Of a DNA stretch of 64,000 nucleotides, positions 27,065-35,959 are shown one piece after another (position 1 is the stretch's first letter; every line of letters starts with the position of its first letter). Under the pieces are notes generated by a model that ran no database searches, was not told the DNA's origin, and worked only from the letters and a program-made list of their open reading frames with translations. The stretch is taken from positions 1 through 64,000 of the forward strand of contig JBBRLJ010000020.1 of the NCBI GenBank assembly GCA_038231435.1, read 5' to 3'. A program made the position numbers and the translations under genes. This stretch comes from Planctomycetota bacterium (GTDB lineage Bacteria > Planctomycetota > UBA11346).

Positions 27065-28072
27065 CTACTGAGATGAAGCCGATCGCGCGCGCAGCAGCCG
27101 CGCGGCGTCGATGGCGCCATACGTGAAGATCACGTCGGCGCCGGCGCGTTTGAAGGCGAGCAGGCTTTCGAGCAGGCAGCTCTCGTAGTCGAGCCAACCG
27201 CGCTCGGACGCGGCCTTGAGCATCGCGTACTCACCGCTCACGTGGTAGGCGGCGATCGGCAGCGTCGAAGCCTGCCGCAGGGCCCGCACCACGTCGAGAT
27301 ACGGCAGGCCGGGCTTCACCATCAGCCAGTCGGCACCCTCGGCCTCGTCCAGGGCCGCCTCGCGCACGGCCTCGCGCGCGTTCGCCGGATCCATCTGGTA
27401 GGTGCGCTTGTCCGACGGGATGCCGGCTGTGGCGCGTGGCGCCGAATCGAGGGCATCACGGAACGGCCCGTAGAACGCCGAGGCGTACTTCGCGCAGTAG
27501 CTGAGGATCGCGACCTCCGGGTGTCCGGCGGCGTCCAGCGCCTCGCGCACGACGCGCACTCGCCCATCCATCATGTCCGATGGCGCCACCATGTCGGCTC
27601 CAGAGCGCGCCTGCGCCACGGCCATCGCGGCAAGGATCGGCAGGGTCGCCGCGTTGTCGATGCGTCCGGAGCGGACCAGGCCATCGTGGCCGTGCGACGA
27701 GTAGGGATCCATCGCGACATCGGTGATGACCATCAGTCCGGGGATCGCGGCCTTGAGCGCGCGCACCGCGCGCGGCACCAGGCCATCGGGATTCGCGCTC
27801 TCGCCCGCGCGCTCATCCTTGAGATGATCGGCGATCTTGGGGAAGAGCGCGATCGCGCGCAGGCCCAGGGCGTACGCCTCCTTCGCGATAGCGACGGCTC
27901 CGCCGATGCCATGGCGCGAGCAACCGGGCATCGATGCGATCGGCGTCGCGGTCTCGCCCTCATGCACGAATATCGGTAGCACCAGATCGGATGGGGCCAG
28001 AGCCGACTCTGCGACCAGCGCGCGCATCGCCGCGGAAACGCGGTTGCGGCGCGGGCGCGACAGATCGGTCAC
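27065..28072 (-). CDS. hemB: Porphobilinogen synthase (ALA dehydratase), Asp-rich Zn-independent type
   Basis: RPRRNR, TDVAMDPYSSHGHDG, APSDMMDGR, KYASAFYGPFRDAL, TYQMD, MVKPG, YHVSGEY; GTG start overlaps the S41 stop. Confidence 0.96.
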   Translation of the reverse strand: MTDLSRPRRNRVSAAMRALVAESALAPSDLVLPIFVHEGETATPIASMPGCSRHGIGGAVAIAKEAYALGLRAIALFPKIADHLKDERAGESANPDGLVPRAVRALKAAIPGLMVITDVAMDPYSSHGHDGLVRSGRIDNAATLPILAAMAVAQARSGADMVAPSDMMDGRVRVVREALDAAGHPEVAILSYCAKYASAFYGPFRDALDSAPRATAGIPSDKRTYQMDPANAREAVREAALDEAEGADWLMVKPGLPYLDVVRALRQASTLPIAAYHVSGEYAMLKAASERGWLDYESCLLESLLAFKRAGADVIFTYGAIDAARLLRARSASSQ

Positions 28073-30900
28073 GGAACCGCGGTGCCGGGATCGGCAGCCG
28101 CTGGGGGCTTCTGGGTGATCGGCGACGGCGTCGGCTGTGGGCCCCACAGGCGGATCGGCAACACCTCGGTGACGTCGTCCTTATCCGAGACCACCACGCG
28201 CAGGGTGTTCAAGCCCGGCTTCAGGTTCACGAACGGCTCGTACAGCGAGACGTGGACATTGGCGTCGCCCTCGACGTTTCCGGCTGGCGTCAGCGAGGAA
28301 GCCGACTCGAGATCGACCTTGTCCTCGTCCTGGAACATCGCGACGAACTTCGGATTGTCGTCGATCACCTTGACGTGGAGCTTGACGCGGTTGTCGGGCA
28401 GCTGCTCGACGTCCACCAACGACAGGCTGGGCTGCACGATGTTGCCGCCGGCGATCGGCTGGTTCACCGGGATGGTCAGGGTGTTGTAGAGCGTCGAGCG
28501 GTAGATCCCCGAGACGTCGTCGGCGAAGACCTCCTCTGCGCGGATCTGCAGCTTCACGCTGTCGGCGCTGAACGGCGCCGGGCCGGTGGCGCGCTTGACC
28601 TCCTTGAGCACGGTGATCGGCACCTTGGAGACGACCTCGCCGCCCTTGGGGATGCCGTTCTCCATGGTGAAGCGCACCTCGCCCAGCTGCACGTATGGAT
28701 CATCCGACTTGAAGACGTAGAGCTTCACCTTTGACGAGGGCACCTCACCGTCATTGCGCAGGGTCAAGAGCACGGTGCCGGATTCGCCTGGATTCAGCTG
28801 TCCATCGCCGCTCGGCTCCTCGATCTTCCACGAATAGCTGAAATGCGGTCGCGGCGCGCCATGGACCTTGAGCGTCACCGGCAGCGTGGCCAACGGCGCG
28901 CCCGAGGCGGTGCCATCGGTATAGATCTCGAGGGTGAAACGCTCCTCGCCACTGTAGACGCGCGGCGGCGTCTTGAAGATGGTCGCGGCCTTGGCCGAGC
29001 CGTTGGGCGGGATGCGTCCGATGACCACCTCGTCTTCCCATAGCGGACTGTACTTGTCGGCCTTGATCAGCCCATAGAGGCGGCCGGCGTCGATGCCGGA
29101 GGCGTTTTTCACGGTGAATGACAGGCTGGCGGTCTCGCCTGCCTCGACCGTCGCTGGGCCATCGAACGACACCGACAGCGCGCCAGCGGGCAGGTCTGAG
29201 GCGGAACCCCAATCGGTTGGCGGCTTACGCCTGGCGAGGGCCTCGGCGATCGCGCCGGCTTCGGTCTCGATGAGCTTCGCCACCGGCTCCTTGAGCTGCT
29301 CGATCAGGAATTGGCGCTGCTTCGCATCCTTGCGCGCCTGGGCGGCGCCGTCGGCGAAACCGGGGCGCGCAGCGGCGGCCTTGAGCAGATCGATCACGCG
29401 CGTTGCTTCCTGATCGGGCGTGAACTCGCGCGCGGAGATGCTGGATTTCTTCAGGTCGTCCTTGCTCTGGAAGGTGGCGAGCCAGCCCACCTCGTAGGTG
29501 CCCTCGTGCTGGTACTTGCTGGTGTTCTGGATGGCGAATTCGTCGTCGACCTCGCGCTCGCGCGTGAAGGGCAGGATGTCGACGGTGCCGTCCTCCCTGA
29601 CGCTATGGCGGACCAGGCGGACATCGGGGGTGATGCCGACGTCCTGGATCGAGACTCCGCCCGGCAGCTGGTATTCCTGAATGGTGAGCTTGAGCTTGCT
29701 GCCGTCGCGCAATGGCTTGATCGCCTGGACCGAGCCCTTGCCGAAGGTGGTGGTGCCCACGACCACGGCGCGGTCGTTGCGCTGCAGAGCTCCGGAAAGG
29801 ATCTCGGCCGCGCTCGCGCTGCCGCCGGAAACCATGACCATCATCGGTGCGTCCATCACCGGGTGGCCAGAGCTCTTGAAGACCTCGGGGGCTCCATCGA
29901 TGGTCACGGTGCGCACGAGCTCCTGGCCCTTCTTGCTGAGGTAGAAATTGCTGATGAGCTTCGCCGAATCGAGGAGACCACCGCCATTGAAGCGCAGGTC
30001 TATGACGAACGCGTCGAGCGGCCCGGCCTCCTGCAGGTCGTTCATGGCGCGGTAGAGCTCCTGCGCACTGAAGGCGTTGAACTCGTCCATGCGTACGTAG
30101 CCGATCGAGCCGGAGCGGTAGGAGCGCGTCGATATCACCTGCACGCGGTCGCGCACGATCGGCAGCTCGACCGGCTGCTCGAGGCCCTTGCGCTCGAGGG
30201 TCAGCGTGACGGTGGTGCCCTTCGGGCCCTTGATGCGCTTCACCGCCTGCTCGAGGTTCAGGCCCGCGGTGCGCTCGCCGTCGATGCGCAGGATGATGTC
30301 CCCATCCTCGACGCCGGCGTGCTCGGCAGGCCAGCCCGGCATGACGCGGTCGATTGAGATGATGCCCTCATCCTGGACCAGGTAGGCGCCGATGCCGAAG
30401 AACTCGCCCTGGATCTCCTCGCCGAATTCCTTGGCCGGCTCGGGCGGAAACAGCACGGTATGCGGGTCGAGGCTCAGCAGCGCGCCGTTGATCAGCGCAT
30501 AGTCGAGGTCACGGCGGCGCGTGGGCGTGAAATCGGCGGCGTCGACGCGGATGCGTACCTGCTCGATGATGTCCATCGCGTCCTCGAGCGTCTTCGGCTC
30601 GGGCGCGTTGACCTTCTGGCGGGGAGCGTCGCCGATGTGCAGCACCACGGTGTCGGCCAGCCAGGTGGTATCGATCGACATCTCGGCGGTCTCGAGGGCG
30701 CGCAGCGCGCGCTCGACCAGGATCCGCGGGTGGAAGCGATTGTGATCGTAGTAATTCTTCTTCAGCAGGTCGCAGCAGACCTTGCACATGTCGGGGAACG
30801 GCACCGGATCCTCGGCGGCGGCCACCCGCGGCGGCAGCGCCATGGCCATCCCCACGAGGAGCGCCAGGAGCAGGAAGGCGCGGCTGATGCGGGTGTCCAT
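28069..30900 (-). CDS. S41 carboxyl-terminal processing protease with PDZ domain and long C-terminal beta-sandwich extension
   Basis: Signal peptide; LDPHT, FFGIG, GPKGT, IDLRFNGGG, SASAAEI (Ser), TFGKGSVQ (Lys), IQ.VGITPD; GGAGG RBS. Confidence 0.92.
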   Translation of the reverse strand: MDTRISRAFLLLALLVGMAMALPPRVAAAEDPVPFPDMCKVCCDLLKKNYYDHNRFHPRILVERALRALETAEMSIDTTWLADTVVLHIGDAPRQKVNAPEPKTLEDAMDIIEQVRIRVDAADFTPTRRRDLDYALINGALLSLDPHTVLFPPEPAKEFGEEIQGEFFGIGAYLVQDEGIISIDRVMPGWPAEHAGVEDGDIILRIDGERTAGLNLEQAVKRIKGPKGTTVTLTLERKGLEQPVELPIVRDRVQVISTRSYRSGSIGYVRMDEFNAFSAQELYRAMNDLQEAGPLDAFVIDLRFNGGGLLDSAKLISNFYLSKKGQELVRTVTIDGAPEVFKSSGHPVMDAPMMVMVSGGSASAAEILSGALQRNDRAVVVGTTTFGKGSVQAIKPLRDGSKLKLTIQEYQLPGGVSIQDVGITPDVRLVRHSVREDGTVDILPFTREREVDDEFAIQNTSKYQHEGTYEVGWLATFQSKDDLKKSSISAREFTPDQEATRVIDLLKAAAARPGFADGAAQARKDAKQRQFLIEQLKEPVAKLIETEAGAIAEALARRKPPTDWGSASDLPAGALSVSFDGPATVEAGETASLSFTVKNASGIDAGRLYGLIKADKYSPLWEDEVVIGRIPPNGSAKAATIFKTPPRVYSGEERFTLEIYTDGTASGAPLATLPVTLKVHGAPRPHFSYSWKIEEPSGDGQLNPGESGTVLLTLRNDGEVPSSKVKLYVFKSDDPYVQLGEVRFTMENGIPKGGEVVSKVPITVLKEVKRATGPAPFSADSVKLQIRAEEVFADDVSGIYRSTLYNTLTIPVNQPIAGGNIVQPSLSLVDVEQLPDNRVKLHVKVIDDNPKFVAMFQDEDKVDLESASSLTPAGNVEGDANVHVSLYEPFVNLKPGLNTLRVVVSDKDDVTEVLPIRLWGPQPTPSPITQKPPAAADPGTAVP

Positions 30901-31249
30901 TGCCACGAGGCCTCCAGGAGCGGGACCTCTATCATGGTCCGGGATGCGTCCGACATGGACGGCGATGCGTGCGGGGATGATAGGGGTACGTCCCAACGGG
31001 GAAAGGCATTGTGGCGCCGAAGCCGCCAGGCGATCGGCGTGTGAAGCACGGCGATTCACGCTGTGCCGACCCATCGCGCCATCCATTGCCGCAGCGACGG
31101 TGGTAGCGGGATTTCGCGCCATCGGATGGGTTCCTGTCGGCCTCCTGGCCTGGATGGACGAGCGCCAGGCGCTCTCCTTACCATCCTGCTCATGAGCGAG
31201 ATTTCAGAGACGCCCTGGTGGACCTCGATGGCTCCGCCCGGGCAGGCGC

Positions 31250-32887
31250 TCAGCGCGGGATCGCGATCACCACCATGGTCAAGTCATCCTCGTGGGGCTT
31301 ACCCTGGGCCCACGCGTCGACCTCGGAATTGATGAGCATCATCAATTCCGTCGGGCCGAGGCCCAGGCTCCAGCCCTGGACGGCCGCCGCGGCGAGGCGC
31401 TCGTCGCCGAACGCCTCGCCAACGCCGCCGCCGAGACATTCGGTGAATCCGTCGGTGTACAGCAGCAGGACATCGCCCGGGCCGAGGGTGAGCACGCCGG
31501 AGGTCGTGACCTCGTTCGCGGCGACGATGCCCAGTGGCATGCCGCTGCTGTCGAGCCACCGCACCTGGCCCTGGTTCACCCACAGCAGCGGACAGTGGCC
31601 GGCGGACACGTAGGTGAACGCGCGCGTCAGCGGATCGATGGAGACCGCGGCGGCGGTCATGAAGCGCCCGCTCTGGGCATGGCACAGGCCCTCGTTGAGG
31701 ACCTTGAACGCGGGTTCGATCGCCGTACCCGCGCGCAATTGCTGCTGGACGATGGCGTGCGCCATGGTCGCGAACAGCGCCGCGCCGATGCCGTGACCGC
31801 TGACATCGCCGACCATGGCCAGCACCTGCTCGCCGCGTTCGATGAAGGTGAAGTAGTCGCCCCCGGTCTCGTTGCACGGGCGCGAGGTGCCCTCGACGCG
31901 CAGCCCAGCCAGGACCAGTCCCTCGGTCGGGTACATGCCCTCCTGCACCGAGCGCGCGATCGACAGCTCCTGGGTGAGGCGCTCGTTGTCGACCATCGCC
32001 TTCACCAGCATGGCATTGTCCAACGCCACCGAGGCGAACCCGGCAAGGGTCTCGGCCATGCGCCGCTGACCTGGGGAAAAGTCGTGGGCGCTGCCGAGCA
32101 CCACCAAGCCCTGGATGCGGCCGCGTCCAGACAACGGTAGCGCGAGCAGGCCGCCGAACTGCGGCATCGGGCCATCGCAGGCGAGGCCGATGCGGATCTC
32201 CTCGCGGCCGAGGCAGACCGGTAGGCCCGAGCGCAGCACCCGCTCGACGAAGCCGGGGCCGTCCTTGAAGCGCAGCCCGAGAACGGTGCGCTCGCGCAGA
32301 CCCCAGGTGGCGATGCGGTCGGGCTCGCGCCCTTCCGAATCCCGAGCCAGCACCGCCCCAGCCTGTACGCGCACCGCGCCCAGGACGGTCTCAAGGATCT
32401 TCACCAGCAGCACGTCGATCTCGAGATGGCGCAGCAGCTGGCCGGCCCCGACCAGATGCGATACCTGCTCGTTCGACTGGTGGAGCTCGCGCTTGAGGGC
32501 TTCCTCGTGCATGAGGTGGCGTAGCTTGACCGAGAGGATGGTGCAGCAGCGTAGCAACGCTGCGCCATCGGTCGGCACCCGCCCGAACACCGCCAGCATG
32601 CCGACGACCTCGCCCTTCACCGACAGCGGTACCTGGTTGGCCGGCAGTTCGCCGCTGCGCTCGTTGGTCGGCAGCGAGCTCAGCGGTACCGCCGGGACGT
32701 CGTGCGAGCAGTCGAATCCGGCCACCCCATGCAGCATGTCGCCGGTGCGCAGGTAGAGGATCGCCGGCAGGGCGTGGATGCGGCCGAGCAGGTCCTCGAG
32801 CCGGGCGTAGAGCGCCTGCGTGCTGTCGCAGATGGCGAGCGCGGTGCCGAGGTCGTCGATGCTCGGGGCGTGCTCACCCTGGGGCAT
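31250..32887 (-). CDS. GAF + PP2C/SpoIIE (RsbU-like) serine phosphatase
   Basis: QELSIARSVQ, TGGDYF, GDVSGHG, SAGH, YTDG..E, DDLT; GAF-like central region. Confidence 0.92.
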   Translation of the reverse strand: MPQGEHAPSIDDLGTALAICDSTQALYARLEDLLGRIHALPAILYLRTGDMLHGVAGFDCSHDVPAVPLSSLPTNERSGELPANQVPLSVKGEVVGMLAVFGRVPTDGAALLRCCTILSVKLRHLMHEEALKRELHQSNEQVSHLVGAGQLLRHLEIDVLLVKILETVLGAVRVQAGAVLARDSEGREPDRIATWGLRERTVLGLRFKDGPGFVERVLRSGLPVCLGREEIRIGLACDGPMPQFGGLLALPLSGRGRIQGLVVLGSAHDFSPGQRRMAETLAGFASVALDNAMLVKAMVDNERLTQELSIARSVQEGMYPTEGLVLAGLRVEGTSRPCNETGGDYFTFIERGEQVLAMVGDVSGHGIGAALFATMAHAIVQQQLRAGTAIEPAFKVLNEGLCHAQSGRFMTAAAVSIDPLTRAFTYVSAGHCPLLWVNQGQVRWLDSSGMPLGIVAANEVTTSGVLTLGPGDVLLLYTDGFTECLGGGVGEAFGDERLAAAAVQGWSLGLGPTELMMLINSEVDAWAQGKPHEDDLTMVVIAIPR

Positions 32888-32993
32888 GCGGCAGCCTAGC
32901 AGGATCGGCGGAAAGCGACACCTGGCCGGCGCCGCGGCCGGATGTCTGAGACGAGACGATTCCTGCGGCGGCGCGGCGGGATAGCGTGCGCTC

Positions 32994-33578
32994 ATGACCG
33001 AGCACCTAGCCGACGAGCTGCTGCGCGCGCTGTCGGCCCTGCGCCTGTCGCAGAGCCGCTGGCTCGGCGACCTCGGCGAGGCCTGCGCCGGGGATCCGGC
33101 GTTCGCGGCCTGCTTCCGGCGCTGGCAGGAGGAGCTGACCATGGTCAAACTGCAGCTCCACCGCGTCGAGAACCGCCTGCTGCACTTCGTGCTCGCGTCC
33201 GAGGGCGAGCGCGAGCGCCGCGAGTCGCGAGTGCGCATCGCCGACGGCCGCGCCGCCGCCGCCGCCTGGCGCCAGCGGCTCGAGGAATGGTTCGGCCGCA
33301 TCCACCTGGGCACCGCCTACCGCCGCCTCGAGTCGCTCGTCGATCTCGACCAGGAAGCGGTCACCGCCGACATCATCACCGACCTGTCGGCCCTGGCCGA
33401 GGTGGTCGAGATCACCGAGCCGGCGCTCGCCGAGATCGCCCACAGCCGCGACCCCGCGGCGCTCGAGGAGATCGCCTTCTACCGTGTCGTCGGGCCCTGG
33501 AAGCGGCTCGGGCTACCGGCGCTGCACGACACCCTGCGCTGGCTGTCCGAGACCCTCGGGGAGCAAGAGGATTGGTGA
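32994..33578 (+). CDS. Hypothetical helical protein
   Basis: 194-aa ORF with strong GC3 codon bias and an upstream TAGCGT hexamer; family not confirmed. Confidence 0.75.
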   Translation: MTEHLADELLRALSALRLSQSRWLGDLGEACAGDPAFAACFRRWQEELTMVKLQLHRVENRLLHFVLASEGERERRESRVRIADGRAAAAAWRQRLEEWFGRIHLGTAYRRLESLVDLDQEAVTADIITDLSALAEVVEITEPALAEIAHSRDPAALEEIAFYRVVGPWKRLGLPALHDTLRWLSETLGEQEDW

Positions 33579-33724
33579 GGGCGCGGCATCTCCGCGCTGG
33601 TGCGGCGTGCGGCGATGGACGCCGCGAGCGGAGAGCGGAGAGCGGGCAGTAGCGCTCGCAGTCCACCTGCCGCGGGTGGGATCCCGCCATTGACCGATGC
33701 GGGCCCGATGGTGACAACGCGGCG

Positions 33725-35911
33725 ATGACGATGGTTCGCTACAGGACGTTGCGGTTGGCGTGCCTGGTGGCCACCGGCGCGATCGCGCGCGCCGCTGATG
33801 CCGATGCGCCGCCGCTGTCGCCGGTCGCGGACATGGCGCTGATCGACGAGCACCAGTGGGTCGAGGCGGTATCGCGCCGGCGCCAGCGCGTGGAGACCGC
33901 GCCCCAGGCGGTGACCGTGCTCGACAGCCGGGATCTGACCGGCACTCCGGCGGTGACGCTGCCCGACCGGCTGCGCTACGTCGCGGGCATCGATGTCTAC
34001 CAGAGCCGCCATGGGCAGTTCGACATAGGCATGCGCGGCTACGACAACCAGCTCAACAACCGCATCCTGGTGATCGCCGATGGACGCGAGTTCAAGCAGG
34101 AGGAGTTCGGTTCGGTGGTGTGGCGCGGCACCATCGCCCTGAGCGACGTCGAGCGCGTCGAGATCATCAAGGGGCCGGCGTCGGTCGGCTACGGCGCGAA
34201 CGCCTTCGGCGGGGTGATCGCGCTGCAGGGGCGGCAGCCCGGGCAGCGCCACGAGGCGCACGTGCTCGCCGATCTGGGCTGGCCTCGGCACGAGGAGATC
34301 GACGCCACCGCGCTCGGGCCGCTCGGCCCGCTATTCTACTACAAGGTCGGCGCGGGCTGGACGCGCCTGGGGGATCTGCGCGGCGTCGACAGCGGTCTCG
34401 CGCACGTCGACGACCCGCACACCGGCGAGACCGGAGCGGACGACCTGCTCGCCTCGCGCTATGGCGCGACCCTCGGCCTCAGGCTGCCCGTCGAGCACCG
34501 CCTCGAGGCGCGCTATGAGGGCCACGACGTGCGCCGATGGGAATTCGTCGACGATCTCGATTCCGGATCCAACGCCACCAGCTTCCGCGACGACGACCTG
34601 TCGCTGGCGATCACCGGGCCGGTGCTGCAAGCGCGGCAACTGCACCACCACGCCTACAAGACCTACCAGACGCAGAAGACGCTCTACGTGCCGGCGGAGC
34701 AGTTCCGTTACACCCAGGCCGGATTCGTGAACGACGAGGACGACACCCGCGTGCAGCTGAATGCGCCTTCGCTCGGCCCGCACCGCATGTCGATCGGCGG
34801 GGAATACGACCGCTGGCGCTCGCGCTCGAACCTCTGGGGCCGCGCCTCGCGCTACGACGACCGCTCCACGTGGGCGCTGGTCGACACCACCAACCGCGCG
34901 GTCTTCGGCGAGGACCAGCTACGCCTCGATCCCGGGGCACTGGTCACCGCCGGAGTGCGTTACGACCGGCACAGCGAGTTCGGCGGGCACACCTCGCCGC
35001 GCATCGCGCTGAACCTCACCCCGGACTCCGACCAGTTCGTGCTGCTGTCGTACTCGAGCGGCTACCGGCTGCCGACGCCCATCGAAAGCCACATCAGCGA
35101 GTATTACTTCAAGAGCGATCCGAACCTGAACGCCGAGACCATCCAGGCGGTCGAGCTCGGCTGGCAGGGCCGCTTCTGGCGCGACGACCTGACCCTGGGC
35201 GCGAACGCCTTCTTCAACCGCAGCAACCGCCAGATCTGGCTGCAGCCATTGCCCGAGACCGAGATGGCGGCCAACTACAACGCCTGGCTCGCGTCCGGAC
35301 CCGATTTGTCGCGTCCGCCCGGGCCATTCTTCGCGTACCGCAACCTCGACAATCCGGCGGACGTCTGGGGCGTGGAGCTCAGCGAGCGCTGGCGGCTGCC
35401 GCAGCTACCCCTGACCCTGTGGTCCAACGGCACCTGGCAGCACTATCGGCACGCCCACGACATCGTCTACCGCAGCGCCGGCTTCGTCGATCCCGTCTCA
35501 GGCGGTACGCTGTTCCGCTTCGACCGTGACTTCGGCAGGGACGTCGACGCGCCGCCGCGTTGGAAGGCCAACGTCGGTCTCACCTACGACGATGGTCGCT
35601 GGTTCGGCGGCCTCGCCGGCCGCTATGTCTCATCGCGCCGCGTGTTCAGCTTCGGCAACAGCTTCTTCAACCTCGGCGATCCGATCGAAGTCCAGAACGT
35701 CCCCGCCTACACCGCCGTCGACGCCACGGTCGGCGTCGCCTTTGGTGGACACGGCGAACACTTCGTGCGCCTGAGCGTGCTCGACCTGTTCGACAGCGGC
35801 CACTACGAGTCCTTCCAGGCCCGGCAGACGACGCTGGTCGCGACGCGCGAACGCGAGTACTCGAGCGAGATCGGGCGCGAGATCACCGTGCAGGGCGGAC
35901 TGAACTTCTGA
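33725..35911 (+). CDS. TonB-dependent outer-membrane receptor
   Basis: Signal peptide; plug (APQAVTV, LRYVAG, RG, ERVEIIKGPAS..YGANAFGGVI); beta-barrel ending in C-terminal F. Confidence 0.93.
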   Translation: MTMVRYRTLRLACLVATGAIARAADADAPPLSPVADMALIDEHQWVEAVSRRRQRVETAPQAVTVLDSRDLTGTPAVTLPDRLRYVAGIDVYQSRHGQFDIGMRGYDNQLNNRILVIADGREFKQEEFGSVVWRGTIALSDVERVEIIKGPASVGYGANAFGGVIALQGRQPGQRHEAHVLADLGWPRHEEIDATALGPLGPLFYYKVGAGWTRLGDLRGVDSGLAHVDDPHTGETGADDLLASRYGATLGLRLPVEHRLEARYEGHDVRRWEFVDDLDSGSNATSFRDDDLSLAITGPVLQARQLHHHAYKTYQTQKTLYVPAEQFRYTQAGFVNDEDDTRVQLNAPSLGPHRMSIGGEYDRWRSRSNLWGRASRYDDRSTWALVDTTNRAVFGEDQLRLDPGALVTAGVRYDRHSEFGGHTSPRIALNLTPDSDQFVLLSYSSGYRLPTPIESHISEYYFKSDPNLNAETIQAVELGWQGRFWRDDLTLGANAFFNRSNRQIWLQPLPETEMAANYNAWLASGPDLSRPPGPFFAYRNLDNPADVWGVELSERWRLPQLPLTLWSNGTWQHYRHAHDIVYRSAGFVDPVSGGTLFRFDRDFGRDVDAPPRWKANVGLTYDDGRWFGGLAGRYVSSRRVFSFGNSFFNLGDPIEVQNVPAYTAVDATVGVAFGGHGEHFVRLSVLDLFDSGHYESFQARQTTLVATREREYSSEIGREITVQGGLNF

Positions 35912-35959
35912 TGACAGGGTGCGACCAGGGCTGCTGATCAGGCGACGGATCGGTCGCGG

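Noticed and set aside
30901..31249. Small gene or ncRNA in the 350-bp spacer; N-terminal extension of the S41 ORF to 31122
   Set aside because: Only a modest hairpin is visible; the RBS and signal peptide support the start at 30900.
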